The position numbers were made by a program, and so were the translations under genes. From the NCBI RefSeq assembly GCF_048403405.1, contig NZ_CP183129.1: 64,000 bases of DNA; one strand, given 5' to 3'. Position 1 is the first letter of the stretch. Each line of letters opens with the position of its first letter. The stretch comes from Escherichia coli (lineage in GTDB: Bacteria > Pseudomonadota > Gammaproteobacteria > Enterobacterales > Enterobacteriaceae). The notes beneath the pieces were generated by a model. That model did not search any database, was not told the DNA's origin, and saw only the letters and a list, made by a program, of their open reading frames with translations. Below, in pieces: positions 1 through 11,152 of the stretch.

Positions 1-18
1 TGTGAATAGCGGTTTACA

Positions 19-1107
19 TCAACCACCTGCTTTCATTACCCATTCAGAGATAAATTTATTACCCGGTACTGGCGGAGAGTACAAATAGCCCTGCAAAAAG
101 TGAACGCCTTTGCCGATCATTAAATCCGCCTGCTCCTGGGTTTCTACCCCTTCCGCCACGATACTCAGACCAGGCTTACGCGCCAGTTCGACAATATTGT
201 CCACAATATGACCGGATATTTCGTCCACGCTCGCCATTTGCACAAATGACTTATCGATCTTAATAAAATCGACCGGGAACGCCTGCAAGTAACGATAGGT
301 CGCATAACCCGTACCAAAGTCATCCAGCGCAAAGGTAATGTTGTGCTGATGAAGGCTGTCAAATATCGCTCTGGCTTCTGGCGTTACCGGAATAGGGTTA
401 CGTTCCGTTAGCTCGAGAACCAGTTTGATTTTATCGTTTCCTAATTTCTTGACCAGGTTCAGGCATTCTTTTTCAAATCCCGCGGCCAAAAAACAACCCG
501 CCGAGACGTTGATGCCAATATGGAAATTATCCGGCAGCAAATGTTTTACCGGCATCAGAATATCCGCAGTCTGTTTCATCAACTGGCGAGTCATTATGAC
601 GATAAGACCAGATGACTCCGCCAGAGGAATAAACTGATCCGGTGGGATAATTCCCGTTTGTGGATGTTCCCAGCGGACAAGCACCTCACAGCCCGTCAGT
701 ACCCCAGTCTGCGCGCAGAAAACCGGTTGGATCCACGGTTTAAATTCATGGTTTTCCAACGCCAGACTGATGGCTTCAGGCGTGACGATATGGTGATAGT
801 GATTATCATTAATATATTTGTGACTATTATTACCCGTGGCGGATATGATCTCCGGATTGTACTGAAAGAAAATATCCCGCCAGAAAGTAATATCGCTCTG
901 AATCCCCAGTTTCTCAAAGAGCTGTTTCTTTTGATGTGAAATGGTCTTTGCACTGCGATTTCTGTACTGTGATATTTCTGTTACAGACATTCCCTGCATC
1001 AGCAGCTTGAGTAGCAGTCGTTCTTTCTCGGATACGCTACCAGGCAATGACAAATGAACCGTTGTACCGAACTCTTGCAGAAAAACACGAAAATCACATG
1101 AATTCAT
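19..1107 (-). CDS. pdeL: c-di-GMP phosphodiesterase PdeL (LuxR-type HTH plus EAL domain)
   Basis: ORF 19..1113; translation recognised as YahA/PdeL; start placed at ATG 1107 (MNSCDF...) with AGGTG RBS upstream; track start 1113 is GTG. Confidence 0.85.
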   Translation of the reverse strand: MNSCDFRVFLQEFGTTVHLSLPGSVSEKERLLLKLLMQGMSVTEISQYRNRSAKTISHQKKQLFEKLGIQSDITFWRDIFFQYNPEIISATGNNSHKYINDNHYHHIVTPEAISLALENHEFKPWIQPVFCAQTGVLTGCEVLVRWEHPQTGIIPPDQFIPLAESSGLIVIMTRQLMKQTADILMPVKHLLPDNFHIGINVSAGCFLAAGFEKECLNLVKKLGNDKIKLVLELTERNPIPVTPEARAIFDSLHQHNITFALDDFGTGYATYRYLQAFPVDFIKIDKSFVQMASVDEISGHIVDNIVELARKPGLSIVAEGVETQEQADLMIGKGVHFLQGYLYSPPVPGNKFISEWVMKAGG

Positions 1108-1939
1108 GAACACACCTTTTATCTTTTATCGCTGTTCAGTATGAGTGATTACCTGTGGATTCCTGAGCACACATAAGGGGTAACCATAAACATCAGCGAT
1201 GCCATACGCATAACATCCCACATCACTATCAAAAAGATTATCTTTACCTCTGATGCTCGCTCAAAAACAGTTACGCTAAATACCTTAAAAAGGTAATCAC
1301 AAGTCAAACTCAGGAGATAATCACGCAAGAATGCAATATTAAAATTCAGATACTCATTTTTGGTAATAAAGAAGTAGTTGGACTATTTCAATATTTATAA
1401 TTTCCCACTACGTATTGACGCCCATTCATGAGTAAAGGCGCATTATATGAATTTAACAATCCAGATCAACTGAAAATACCTCAACCTCATAAACACATAG
1501 CGTCAACATTCAATGACATAATGAGTAAAGATGTTGGTTATGCATACACGTCATTACTCTATGCCTATCCCTTAACAACCTGCTTTTTAAGGCTGAATCC
1601 ATTCAGCAATAGATAACCAACATTATAACAATGACAATAAAAACAATATTTAAAACAATCAATAAAATATCAGACACAGACAATTAAACCTTAAACAACA
1701 AACAGTTACATTGATTTTAGTTGATTTGCGCTACGCGTTTCCCATGAATAAAGCGTCATTTCAAATTAGCACCAATATTTACATTAAATAAGACTAAGCT
1801 TATTGAACATTCACAACAGTCCAAGCGTAGGTTTTGGGCTTCAATAGTTCTTTTCTTTTTTATTATCTGTTGCCTGGCAATCATCAATCGATACTAAGGG
1901 CTTAACTGTACACAGATATAACGTATCAAGAGGTAAGAG

Positions 1940-1972
1940 AAACCGCGCCATATGCAGACATGGCGCGGTTTT
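1940..1972. terminator. GC-rich hairpin AAACCGCGCCAT/ATGGCGCGGTTT followed by TTTT, just downstream of betT stop
   Basis: Perfect 12-bp inverted repeat with 8-nt loop read directly; U-tract is on the + strand side, so function for minus-strand betT is uncertain. Confidence 0.35.
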
Positions 1973-1984
1973 ATGCAATAACAA

Positions 1985-4018
1985 TCACGCGTCCGGGAAC
2001 ATCACGCTATGGCCCGGCGCTTCACGATGGAGATGGATAAAGTTAAGGTGTCGCTCGTACTGGTCGAGAATATCGGTGATCACCTGCTCTTTGCTGTAGT
2101 CCATCAGGTCGTTGCCCTGGCTGCCTTCTAACAGGAAGGTTTCCAGCCGGTAGTAGGTCGATTTCCCGCTACGTGCGCGGTAGGTAAAGCCCGGCACCGA
2201 ATATTGCTGCGGCCAAATCTGATAGACAAAGTTTTGCTCTTCGCCCATATGCACCAACAAATCCAGATGCCCCAACTGTTGCCCCTCTTCCGGCGGCAGG
2301 CTTTTTAGCTCCACGTACGCGCCGCGCAACCGCAGCTCCTGCGCCACTTCTTCCATTGCCGGGTAACAGACCGTCTCCATCATCTGTTTAGTGTAACGCG
2401 TGCCCGGATAATTCATCAGGCGCGAGAGACGTTTTTTCCAGCTCAGGCGATCCTGAAGCCCCAGCGGTCGCGGCGCGGTATCACGGTTGGCACTTTCACG
2501 GCGGTAATCTTCTACCTTCAGAGATTTATACAACCCCGCCATCACGAAGAAAATCACAAAGCTGAACGGCAGCCCCATGATTACCGTGGTGTTTTGCAGC
2601 GCGGATATCCCGTTGGTCATCAGCATGCCGAGCGTCAGCAGGCCAATCGCCACCGACCAGAAGACGCGCAGCCAGCCGGGGGCGTCGCTGTTGATATCTT
2701 TAAGCTGCGAGGTGAAATTCCCCAGCACCAGCGCCCCGGAGTCCGCCGAGGTCACATAAAACAGCAGGCCAGTAATGGTGGCGACGGAGGCGCTAAAGGT
2801 AAACGCCGGATACTGCGCCAGCAGGCTGTAGAAGCCGCGCTCCGGATGGACCATCGCTTCCTCGGCAAATGCCGCGCCGCCGTGGATGATTTCATACAGC
2901 GCGCTATTGCCGAACACCGAGAGCCATAACAGCGTGAAGGTAAACGGAATAATCAACGTGCCCAGCACGAACTGGCGAATGGTACGCCCGCGCGAGATAC
3001 GCGCCAGAAACAGGCCGACAAACGGCGACCATGCCACCCACCATGCCCAGAAGAAGAGCGTCCAGTTATTCATCCACTCAACCGGACGGTCGAAGGCAAA
3101 ACTGTTGAGCGTCATGCCCATAAAGCGATTCACATAGTCGCCAACGTTCAGCACCAGCGCATTAAGCAGGAACGAGGTGTCACCCATAAACAGCACGAAA
3201 AGGATCAATCCCAGCGCCAGCGCAACGTTAAGTTCCGATAACACACGAATGCCCTTATCGACACCGGAGGTGACAGAGATCGTGGCGATGATCACCGACA
3301 AGGCGATCAGTGCCGCTTTCGCCGCCATTGAATCGGGAATATCAAACAGTACGCTCAAGCCATAGTTAAGCTGCACCACACCGATACCGAGCGTAGTGGC
3401 AATACCGAAGATGGTGCCGATTACCGCTGCAATATCCACTGAATGACCAATCGGCCCGTTAATCCGTTTACCGAAGATCGGGTACAGCGCCGAGCGGATG
3501 GTGAGCGGCAAATTATAACGATAGCTAAAGTATCCGAGCGCCATGCCCATCAGCGCATACATCGACCAGCCGGTTAAGCCGTAGTGAAACAGCGTCCAGA
3601 CCATCGCCTGACGCGCGGCCTCAATCGTCTGACCCGCGCCTTCCGGCGGCTGCATATACTGCGTTACCGGTTCGGCTACGGAGAAGAACATCAGGTCGAT
3701 ACCGATCCCGGCAGCAAACAGCATCGCCGCCCAGCTCAGCAGGCTGAATTCCGGTTTGGATTGTTCTGGCCCGAGCTTCACCGAACCAAAACGCGAACAA
3801 GCAATACAGACCACAAAGACAATATAGAGCGTTGCCGCCAGCAGATAGTACCAACCGAAGGTTTTAGAAACCCAGTCCAGCGTGCGGCCAATCCACAGGG
3901 CCGAGAAGTCGCGAAACAGGATCGTTGTCAGGGAAAACAACAAAATCAGTCCGGCGGAAGTGTAAAACACCACCGGATTGATTTTGTCCTTTTCCCTGCT
4001 GTGTGAAAGGTCTGTCAT
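1985..4018 (-). CDS. betT: choline transporter BetT (BCCT family)
   Basis: 677-aa ORF, N-terminus MTDLSHSREKDKINPVVFYTSAGL matches BetT; divergent from betIBA. Confidence 0.92.
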   Translation of the reverse strand: MTDLSHSREKDKINPVVFYTSAGLILLFSLTTILFRDFSALWIGRTLDWVSKTFGWYYLLAATLYIVFVVCIACSRFGSVKLGPEQSKPEFSLLSWAAMLFAAGIGIDLMFFSVAEPVTQYMQPPEGAGQTIEAARQAMVWTLFHYGLTGWSMYALMGMALGYFSYRYNLPLTIRSALYPIFGKRINGPIGHSVDIAAVIGTIFGIATTLGIGVVQLNYGLSVLFDIPDSMAAKAALIALSVIIATISVTSGVDKGIRVLSELNVALALGLILFVLFMGDTSFLLNALVLNVGDYVNRFMGMTLNSFAFDRPVEWMNNWTLFFWAWWVAWSPFVGLFLARISRGRTIRQFVLGTLIIPFTFTLLWLSVFGNSALYEIIHGGAAFAEEAMVHPERGFYSLLAQYPAFTFSASVATITGLLFYVTSADSGALVLGNFTSQLKDINSDAPGWLRVFWSVAIGLLTLGMLMTNGISALQNTTVIMGLPFSFVIFFVMAGLYKSLKVEDYRRESANRDTAPRPLGLQDRLSWKKRLSRLMNYPGTRYTKQMMETVCYPAMEEVAQELRLRGAYVELKSLPPEEGQQLGHLDLLVHMGEEQNFVYQIWPQQYSVPGFTYRARSGKSTYYRLETFLLEGSQGNDLMDYSKEQVITDILDQYERHLNFIHLHREAPGHSVMFPDA

Positions 4019-4146
4019 CCAGTATCCCCACTGTTATTGTTACCATTTAAAATCAAATTCGTAACAATTAAGACACATTTTATATTGAACGTCCAATCAA
4101 TAACCGCTTTAATAGATAAACAACGCTGATGAATGGAGTGGCGAAA
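4019..4146. promoter_or_regulatory. divergent betT / betIBA control region with candidate BetI operator
   Basis: 128-bp intergenic region; near-palindrome ATTGAACGTCCAAT at 4084-4097 and inverted repeat ATTGTTAC...GTAACAAT at 4034-4068; TetR-family repressors bind palindromes between divergent promoters. Confidence 0.45.
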
Positions 4147-4734
4147 ATGCCCAAATTGGGGATGCAGTCGATCCGGCGCAGACAACTGATCGACGCCACG
4201 CTGGAAGCAATAAATGAAGTGGGCATGCACGATGCAACGATCGCGCAGATCGCCCGCCGTGCAGGCGTTTCTACGGGGATCATCAGCCACTATTTCAGGG
4301 ACAAAAATGGTCTGTTGGAAGCAACCATGCGCGATATCACCAGTCAGCTGCGTGACGCGGTTTTGAATCGATTACATGCACTTCCGCAGGGCAGTGCAGA
4401 GCAGCGATTACAGGCGATTGTTGACGGGAATTTCGATGAATCGCAGGTCAGTAATGCTGCGATGAAAGCCTGGTTGGCGTTTTGGGCCAGCAGTATGCAT
4501 CAGCCGATGCTTTACCGTTTGCAGCAGGTGAGCAGCCGCCGCTTGTTGTCGAATCTGGTGAGCGAATTTCACCGCGAGTTACCGCGCCAACAGGCACAGG
4601 AAGCGGGCTACGGCCTTGCCGCGCTGATTGACGGATTATGGCTGCGCGCGGCACTGAGCGGCAAACCGCTGGATAAACCTCTCGCACACTCGCTGACCCG
4701 TCACTTTATTACTCAGCATTTACCCACCGATTAA
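4147..4734 (+). CDS. betI: TetR-family repressor BetI
   Basis: ORF 4129..4734; start at ATG 4147 ([16 protein letters not shown]...) gives 195 aa. Confidence 0.9.
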   Translation: MPKLGMQSIRRRQLIDATLEAINEVGMHDATIAQIARRAGVSTGIISHYFRDKNGLLEATMRDITSQLRDAVLNRLHALPQGSAEQRLQAIVDGNFDESQVSNAAMKAWLAFWASSMHQPMLYRLQQVSSRRLLSNLVSEFHRELPRQQAQEAGYGLAALIDGLWLRAALSGKPLDKPLAHSLTRHFITQHLPTD

Positions 4735-4747
4735 CCGAGGAGACGTG

Positions 4748-6220
4748 ATGTCCCGAATGGCAGAACAGCAGCTTTATATACATGGTGGTTATACCTCCGC
4801 CACCAGCGGTCGCACCTTCGAGACCATTAACCCGGCCAACGGTAACGTGCTGGCGACCGTGCAGGCCGCCGGGCGTGAGGATGTCGATCGCGCCGTGAAG
4901 AGTGCCCAACAGGGGCAAAAAATCTGGGCGGCGATGACCGCTATGGAACGCTCGCGTATTCTGCATCGAGCCGTTGATATTCTGCGTGAACGCAATGACG
5001 AACTCGCAAAACTGGAAACCCTCGACACCGGAAAAGCGTATTCGGAAACCTCAACCGTCGATATCGTTACCGGCGCGGACGTGCTCGAGTACTACGCCGG
5101 GCTGATCCCGTCGCTGGAAGGCAGCCAGATCCCATTGCGTGAGACGTCATTTGTCTATACCCGCCGCGAACCGCTGGGCGTAGTGGCAGGGGTTGGCGCA
5201 TGGAACTACCCGATCCAGATTGCCCTGTGGAAATCCGCCCCGGCGCTGGCGGCAGGCAATGCAATGATGTTCAAACCGAGTGAAGTCACCCCGCTTACCG
5301 CGTTAAAGCTGGCTGAAATTTACAGCGAAGCGGGCCTGCCGGACGGCGTATTTAACGTGCTGCCGGGCGTAGGTGCGGAAACCGGGCAGTATCTGACCGA
5401 GCATCCGGGCATTGCCAAAGTGTCATTTACCGGCGGTGTCGCCAGCGGCAAAAAAGTGATGGCTAACTCGGCGGCTTCCTCCCTGAAAGAAGTGACCATG
5501 GAGCTGGGCGGTAAATCACCGCTGATCGTTTTCGACGATGCGGATCTCGATCTCGCCGCTGATATCGCCATGATGGCGAACTTCTTCAGCTCCGGTCAGG
5601 TGTGTACCAACGGCACCCGCGTGTTTATTCCGGCGAAATGCAAAGCCGCATTTGAACAAAAGATTCTGGCTCGCGTTGAGCGCATTCGCGCGGGCGACGT
5701 TTTCGATCCGCAAACTAACTTTGGCCCGCTGGTCAGCTTCCCGCATCGCGATAACGTGCTGCGTTACATCGCCAAAGGCAAAGAGGAAGGCGCGCGCGTA
5801 CTGTGCGGCGGCGATGTACTGAAAGGCGATGGCTTCGATAACGGCGCATGGGTTGCACCGACCGTGTTCACCGATTGCCGCGACGAAATGACCATCGTGC
5901 GCGAAGAGATCTTCGGTCCGGTGATGTCGCTTCTCACTTATGAATCTGAGGACGAAGTGATTCGCCGCGCCAATGATACCGACTACGGCCTGGCGGCGGG
6001 CATCGTGACGGCGGACCTGAACCGCGCGCATCGCGTCATTCATCAGCTGGAAGCGGGTATTTGCTGGATCAACACCTGGGGCGAATCCCCTGCTGAGATG
6101 CCCGTTGGCGGCTACAAACACTCCGGCATTGGTCGCGAGAACGGCGTGATGACGCTCCAGAGTTACACCCAGGTGAAGTCCATCCAGGTTGAGATGGCTA
6201 AATTCCAGTCCATATTCTAA
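4748..6220 (+). CDS. betB: betaine aldehyde dehydrogenase BetB
   Basis: ORF 4745(GTG)..6220; ATG 4748 preceded by GAGGAG; aldehyde dehydrogenase family sequence, [16 protein letters not shown]-terminus. Confidence 0.92.
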   Translation: MSRMAEQQLYIHGGYTSATSGRTFETINPANGNVLATVQAAGREDVDRAVKSAQQGQKIWAAMTAMERSRILHRAVDILRERNDELAKLETLDTGKAYSETSTVDIVTGADVLEYYAGLIPSLEGSQIPLRETSFVYTRREPLGVVAGVGAWNYPIQIALWKSAPALAAGNAMMFKPSEVTPLTALKLAEIYSEAGLPDGVFNVLPGVGAETGQYLTEHPGIAKVSFTGGVASGKKVMANSAASSLKEVTMELGGKSPLIVFDDADLDLAADIAMMANFFSSGQVCTNGTRVFIPAKCKAAFEQKILARVERIRAGDVFDPQTNFGPLVSFPHRDNVLRYIAKGKEEGARVLCGGDVLKGDGFDNGAWVAPTVFTDCRDEMTIVREEIFGPVMSLLTYESEDEVIRRANDTDYGLAAGIVTADLNRAHRVIHQLEAGICWINTWGESPAEMPVGGYKHSGIGRENGVMTLQSYTQVKSIQVEMAKFQSIF

Positions 6221-6233
6221 CCAGGAGGTTTAT

Positions 6234-7922
6234 TTGCAATTTGACTACATCATTATTGGTGCCGGCTCAGCCGGCAACGTTCTCGCTACCCGTCTGACTG
6301 AAGATCCGAACACAACCGTGCTGCTGCTTGAAGCAGGCGGCCCGGACTATCGCTTTGACTTCCGCACCCAGATGCCCGCCGCGCTGGCGTTCCCGTTACA
6401 GGGTAAACGCTATAACTGGGCCTATGAGACGGAACCGGAACCGTTTATGAACAACCGTCGCATGGAGTGCGGACGCGGTAAGGGGCTTGGCGGGTCATCA
6501 CTGATCAACGGCATGTGTTACATCCGTGGTAACGCGCTGGATCTCGACAACTGGGCGCAAGAACCTGGCCTGGAGAACTGGAGTTATCTCGACTGCCTGC
6601 CCTACTACCGCAAGGCCGAGACTCGCGACGTGGGCGAGAACGACTACCACGGCGGTGATGGCCCGGTGAGCGTCACCACCTCCAAACCCGGCGTCAATCC
6701 GCTGTTTGAAGCGATGATTGAAGCGGGCGTGCAGGCGGGCTACCCGCGCACGGACGATCTCAACGGCTATCAGCAGGAAGGTTTTGGCCCGATGGATCGC
6801 ACCGTCACGCCGCATGGCCGTCGCGCCAGCACCGCGCGTGGCTATCTCGATCAGGCCAAATCGCGCCCTAACCTGACCATTCGAACTCACGCCATGACCG
6901 ATCACATCATTTTTGACGGCAAACGCGCGGTGGGCGTCGAGTGGCTGGAAGGCGACAGCACCATTCCGACCCGCGCGGCGGCGAATAAAGAGGTGCTGTT
7001 ATGTGCAGGCGCGATTGCCTCACCGCAGATCCTGCAACGTTCCGGCGTGGGTAGCGCTGAACTGCTGGCGGAGTTTGATATTCCGCTAGTGCATGATTTA
7101 CCCGGCGTCGGCGAAAATCTTCAGGATCACCTGGAGATGTATCTGCAATATGAGTGCAAAGAACCGGTTTCCCTCTACCCTGCCCTGCAGTGGTGGAATC
7201 AGCCGAAAATCGGTGCGGAGTGGCTGTTTGGCGGCACCGGCGTTGGTGCCAGCAACCACTTTGAAGCAGGCGGATTTATTCGCAGCCGTGAGGAATTTAC
7301 GTGGCCGAATATTCAGTACCATTTCCTGCCAGTGGCGATTAACTATAACGGCTCGAACGCAGTGAAAGAGCACGGCTTCCAGTGCCACGTCGGATCGATG
7401 CGCTCGCCAAGCCGTGGGCATGTGCGGATTAAATCCCGCGACCCGCACCAGCATCCGGGAATTCTGTTTAACTACATGTCGCACGAGCAGGACTGGCAGG
7501 AGTTCCGCGACGCAATTCGCATCACCCGGGAGATCATGCATCAACCGGCGCTGGATCAGTATCGTGGCCGCGAAATCAGCCCCGGTGTCGAATGCCAGAC
7601 GGATGAGCAGCTCGATGAGTTCGTGCGTAACCACGCCGAAACCGCCTTCCACCCGTGCGGTACCTGCAAAATGGGTTATGACGAGATGGCAGTGGTTGAC
7701 GCCGAAGGCCGCGTACACGGGCTGGAAGGCCTGCGCGTGGTGGATGCGTCAATTATGCCGCAGATTATCACCGGCAATTTGAACGCCACGACGATTATGA
7801 TTGGCGAGAAAATGGCGGATATGATTCGCGGGAAGGATGCGTTGCCGAGGAGCACGGCGGGATATTATGTGGCAAATGGGATGCCGGTGAGAGCGAAAAA
7901 AATGAGTCGTGATTTGAACTGA
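6234..7922 (+). CDS. betA: choline dehydrogenase BetA (GMC oxidoreductase)
   Basis: N-terminal FAD motif [14 protein letters not shown]; apparent TTG start at 6234 with AGGAGG 5 nt upstream; track ORF starts at TTG 6189 inside betB. Confidence 0.85.
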   Translation: MQFDYIIIGAGSAGNVLATRLTEDPNTTVLLLEAGGPDYRFDFRTQMPAALAFPLQGKRYNWAYETEPEPFMNNRRMECGRGKGLGGSSLINGMCYIRGNALDLDNWAQEPGLENWSYLDCLPYYRKAETRDVGENDYHGGDGPVSVTTSKPGVNPLFEAMIEAGVQAGYPRTDDLNGYQQEGFGPMDRTVTPHGRRASTARGYLDQAKSRPNLTIRTHAMTDHIIFDGKRAVGVEWLEGDSTIPTRAAANKEVLLCAGAIASPQILQRSGVGSAELLAEFDIPLVHDLPGVGENLQDHLEMYLQYECKEPVSLYPALQWWNQPKIGAEWLFGGTGVGASNHFEAGGFIRSREEFTWPNIQYHFLPVAINYNGSNAVKEHGFQCHVGSMRSPSRGHVRIKSRDPHQHPGILFNYMSHEQDWQEFRDAIRITREIMHQPALDQYRGREISPGVECQTDEQLDEFVRNHAETAFHPCGTCKMGYDEMAVVDAEGRVHGLEGLRVVDASIMPQIITGNLNATTIMIGEKMADMIRGKDALPRSTAGYYVANGMPVRAKKMSRDLN

Positions 7923-8115
7923 CTCAGGAACCTATCAGATTGAGAGTTACCGTTCTACTATGAGGACCGAATCCTTATATAAAACACTGAGGTAACTCTC
8001 ATGCTTCATATCCAGTATTCATGATGCTGGTTTTTTGCTGATATTTAACCCGAACACTCCTGATACAGCCTATTAATTCATTTATCTGCGGCAGATTTTA
8101 TTTTCTGGATATATT

Positions 8116-8784
8116 ATGAGTGAACAAATCAAACAGGATATCGATCTGATTGAGATTTTATTTTATCTGAAGAAAAAGATTCGTATTATCCTTTTTATTA
8201 TAACTATCTGTATGGCAATGGTGCTGTTGTTTCTGTATATCAATAAAGATAATATAAAAGTGAGTTACAGCCTAAAAATAAACCAGACAACACCAGGCAT
8301 ACTTGTTAGCTGTGATAGCAATAATAACTTTGCCTGTCAGACCACAATGACTGAAGATGTTATTCAGCGAATTACTACATTTTTTCAGACCAGCCCAGAT
8401 GTCAAGAACAGAGAAATAAAGCTGGAATGGTCAGGAGATAAGAGAGATTTACCAACTGCTGAAGCGGAAATATCTCGCGTGCAGGCGTCTATTATCAAAT
8501 GGTATGCGTCAGAATATCATAATGGCAGGCAAGTTCTCGATGAGATACAAACACCTTCAGCAATTAACAGTGAGCTTTATACAAAAATGATATACCTGAC
8601 CAGGAACTGGTCATTGTATCCGAACGGTGATGGCTGTGTAACTATAAGCTCACCAGAAATAAAAAATAAATACCCTGATGCCATTTGCCTGGCTCTGGGA
8701 TTTTTTATAAGCATTGTAATTTCTGTAATGTTTTGCCTTGTCAAAAAAATGGTAGATGGATACCAACAAAACTCTGGGCAGTAA
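8116..8784 (+). CDS. ykgH: predicted inner-membrane protein, YkgH-like
   Basis: 222-aa ORF with one N-terminal and one C-terminal hydrophobic segment; position between betA and ykgG matches ykgH. Confidence 0.6.
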   Translation: MSEQIKQDIDLIEILFYLKKKIRIILFIITICMAMVLLFLYINKDNIKVSYSLKINQTTPGILVSCDSNNNFACQTTMTEDVIQRITTFFQTSPDVKNREIKLEWSGDKRDLPTAEAEISRVQASIIKWYASEYHNGRQVLDEIQTPSAINSELYTKMIYLTRNWSLYPNGDGCVTISSPEIKNKYPDAICLALGFFISIVISVMFCLVKKMVDGYQQNSGQ

Positions 8785-8854
8785 TAAACAGCATTCTGAC
8801 AGAGAGTGCCTGTATAAAACTATAGTAACAATGACCGGGAAGGGAGCCCGTCTT

Positions 8855-8878
8855 CAGGAATGGATTCCTGTCTTTTTC
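8855..8878 (+). terminator. putative intrinsic terminator after ykgH
   Basis: Hairpin CAGGAATGGATTCCTG followed by TCTTTTT, 70 nt after the ykgH stop. Confidence 0.4.
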
Positions 8879-9026
8879 ACTGTAAATATCCTGGCATTAT
8901 TAATGTCAGGATATTTACAGAAGAGCAGCATAACCATGACGGAACGGGGTTAAGTCAGGTTGTCCTTAACGCTATTCACAACCTCGTATGCCGCCTTCAG
9001 GTTTATGTCCAGACTTCATATCTCTC

Positions 9027-9722
9027 TCAGCAATCCTCAATAATCAGATACACCGCTTTCACCGGGCCATGAACCCCGACGACTTTGATAAGCTCAATAT
9101 CCGCCGTTGAACTAGGGCCGCTAATGATGTTAATGCAGGACGGCATTCGTTCACCGGCCTGCGCTTTCTGATGCAATTTTTCTGCGAGTTGCGCTACACG
9201 CGGCAGGATAGTGCTTTTACGCAGGATAAAAAGAGAAGATTCCGGGAGCAGGCTCAATGAACGCCCGCGCCCGGCGGCGGAAAAAAGAACCACGCCTCCC
9301 GATTCGGTTAAACCATATTCAGCATACACTACGCCAACTTTAGCCTGCTCTGCCTGCGAGATATTCTCGGCACCTTTCGCCGGATCCCAAACAACGGCAT
9401 TGCATTCCTGCTGCAAACGTTCGCTAATCCCCAATTCCTCCAGCCTCGTGTCACCGCTAATCACGATCGACTGATCTCCCAGCTCTTTACACAGACGTAT
9501 TGCAGCTTCTGCGGCCTGCGCCTCGCTGGTCAGTTCACAGCGCGTCAACATAACATCGCTGGCAAACTGGATAAACGCGTCACAACGCTGCTGTTGGTTA
9601 AGTTGGGTAAGCCGCTCGTTAGCATAGTTGTTAAGCGGCGCATCTTCTGCTTGCGGTTCAAGTCGCAGCGGGCGACCCAGTGCCTGAGCAACGTTATTCA
9701 AAAATTCGCTCCGATTATCCAT
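9027..9722 (-). CDS. ykgG: LutC-like lactate utilisation protein YkgG
   Basis: ORF 9027..9875; start placed at ATG 9722 (MDNRSEF...), 231 aa, overlapping ykgF stop by 8 bp. Confidence 0.75.
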   Translation of the reverse strand: MDNRSEFLNNVAQALGRPLRLEPQAEDAPLNNYANERLTQLNQQQRCDAFIQFASDVMLTRCELTSEAQAAEAAIRLCKELGDQSIVISGDTRLEELGISERLQQECNAVVWDPAKGAENISQAEQAKVGVVYAEYGLTESGGVVLFSAAGRGRSLSLLPESSLFILRKSTILPRVAQLAEKLHQKAQAGERMPSCINIISGPSSTADIELIKVVGVHGPVKAVYLIIEDC

Positions 9723-11142
9723 TCTTTTTCTCCTGCGCCTGATGTTTCTTAAACCAACTACGGAAACTCTCTCCGTCAGCTTCAGGAAGATCGCGTGCTT
9801 CCATCCAGTCGCTAATCGCGCCAAATTTGAGTGGTGTTTTGCCGCCATTGATAAACCAGCTTGCCGCATGAGCACCGGCCATCATCCCGACTTTCCACAA
9901 TCCTGGATGACTATTGGCATAAGCGAACATTTTTATCGCCCGTTGCTCTGCTTTTGCGGTGATCCCTTTTTCAGCCATCACCCGACGATGACGCAAAATC
10001 AGTTTTGACAGCGGAATACGCACCGGACACACGCTGTCACAAGCAGTGCATAAAGAGCAGGCGTAGGGTAAATCTTTAAAATCTTTATAGCCGCCAAGTA
10101 GCGGAGAAATCACCGCACCAATTGGCCCTGGATAAATAGAGCCATATCCATGACCGCCAATATGGCGATATGCCGGACAAGTATTCATACAAGCCCCGCA
10201 GCGAATACAGCGCAGCACATCCCGAAATTCAGAGGCCAGCACCTCAGAACGCCCGTTATCGACAATAACCAGATGAAACTCTTCAGGACCATCAACGTGC
10301 CCCGCTTCGCGCGGTCCTGTCAGCCAGGTGTTGTATCCCGTCAAACGTGCACCAACGGCACTGCGCGCCAGCATGGTGATCAATACATCTACCTCGGCAA
10401 ACGTGGGGGCAATACGCTCCATTCCCATCACTGCAATATGCGTTTTAGGCAGCGTGGTACACATTCGCGCATTACCTTCATTGGTCACCAGGCATACCGA
10501 ACCGGTCTCTGCCACCGCGAAATTACAGCCGGTAATACCTATTTCAGCACTGAGGAAATCTTCGCGGATTTTTTGCCGGATGAATAAGGTCATTGCTTCA
10601 GGCGTTTCCGACCCCTCATAGCCCAGACGTTCGTGTAGCACCCGACGGATCTGATGGCGATCTTTATGAATTGCCGGGACCACAACATGAGAGGGCGGAT
10701 CTTGATCCAGCTGGAGAATGTATTCACCCAGATCGGTTTCAATCACCTGAATGCCAGCATCCTGCAACACATGATTGACACCAATCTCTTCGGTCACCAT
10801 CGATTTAGATTTCACCACCTTCCGGGCATTTTTGCGTTGGGCAACCTGTAAAATGTAGCGAGTGGCGTCTTCTTTAGTTTTTGCAAAATAGACGTGACCG
10901 CCGTTTTGCGTCACTTTTTCTGAGAGCTGGTACAGATAAGCGTCGAGATTACTCAGAACATGATCACGTATCTGGGCGGCCCGATCGCGCCACTCCTCCC
11001 AGTGCCCCAATTCATCGACCATTTTTTGCCGATTTGCCCCGATACGCTGCTGCGCGTTTGCCACCGCTTTGCGCATGATCGGATCTTCAATTTGCTGACG
11101 GATGCGTGTCTTAAAATCTGTATTACTGGTTTTGATCGACAT
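9715..11142 (-). CDS. ykgF: LutB-like iron-sulfur protein YkgF (4Fe-4S ferredoxin-type Cys motifs)
   Basis: 475-aa ORF with CxxCxxC clusters (CIRCGACMNTCP, CSLCTACDSVCP). Confidence 0.8.
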   Translation of the reverse strand: MSIKTSNTDFKTRIRQQIEDPIMRKAVANAQQRIGANRQKMVDELGHWEEWRDRAAQIRDHVLSNLDAYLYQLSEKVTQNGGHVYFAKTKEDATRYILQVAQRKNARKVVKSKSMVTEEIGVNHVLQDAGIQVIETDLGEYILQLDQDPPSHVVVPAIHKDRHQIRRVLHERLGYEGSETPEAMTLFIRQKIREDFLSAEIGITGCNFAVAETGSVCLVTNEGNARMCTTLPKTHIAVMGMERIAPTFAEVDVLITMLARSAVGARLTGYNTWLTGPREAGHVDGPEEFHLVIVDNGRSEVLASEFRDVLRCIRCGACMNTCPAYRHIGGHGYGSIYPGPIGAVISPLLGGYKDFKDLPYACSLCTACDSVCPVRIPLSKLILRHRRVMAEKGITAKAEQRAIKMFAYANSHPGLWKVGMMAGAHAASWFINGGKTPLKFGAISDWMEARDLPEADGESFRSWFKKHQAQEKKNG

Positions 11143-11152
11143 CTTTATATCC

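Noticed and set aside
1428-1616. 62-aa ORF in the pdeL upstream region
   Set aside because: No RBS, low-complexity AT-rich codons; more likely regulatory DNA.
2577-4046. Several 60-140-aa ORFs on both strands inside betT
   Set aside because: All overlap the 677-aa BetT frame; compositions are typical of out-of-frame or antisense translation.
5516-6121. 201-aa ORF antisense to betB
   Set aside because: Lies entirely inside the well-supported betB frame on the opposite strand, is Arg/Ala-rich as expected for GC-rich antisense, and has no RBS.
7098-7718. 206-aa ORF antisense to betA
   Set aside because: Fully contained in betA on the opposite strand; no independent support.
9723-9875. N-terminal extension of the ykgG track ORF into ykgF
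   Set aside because: The extension overlaps 150 bp of ykgF in another frame; the internal ATG at 9722 gives the expected LutC-like length right after the ykgF stop.
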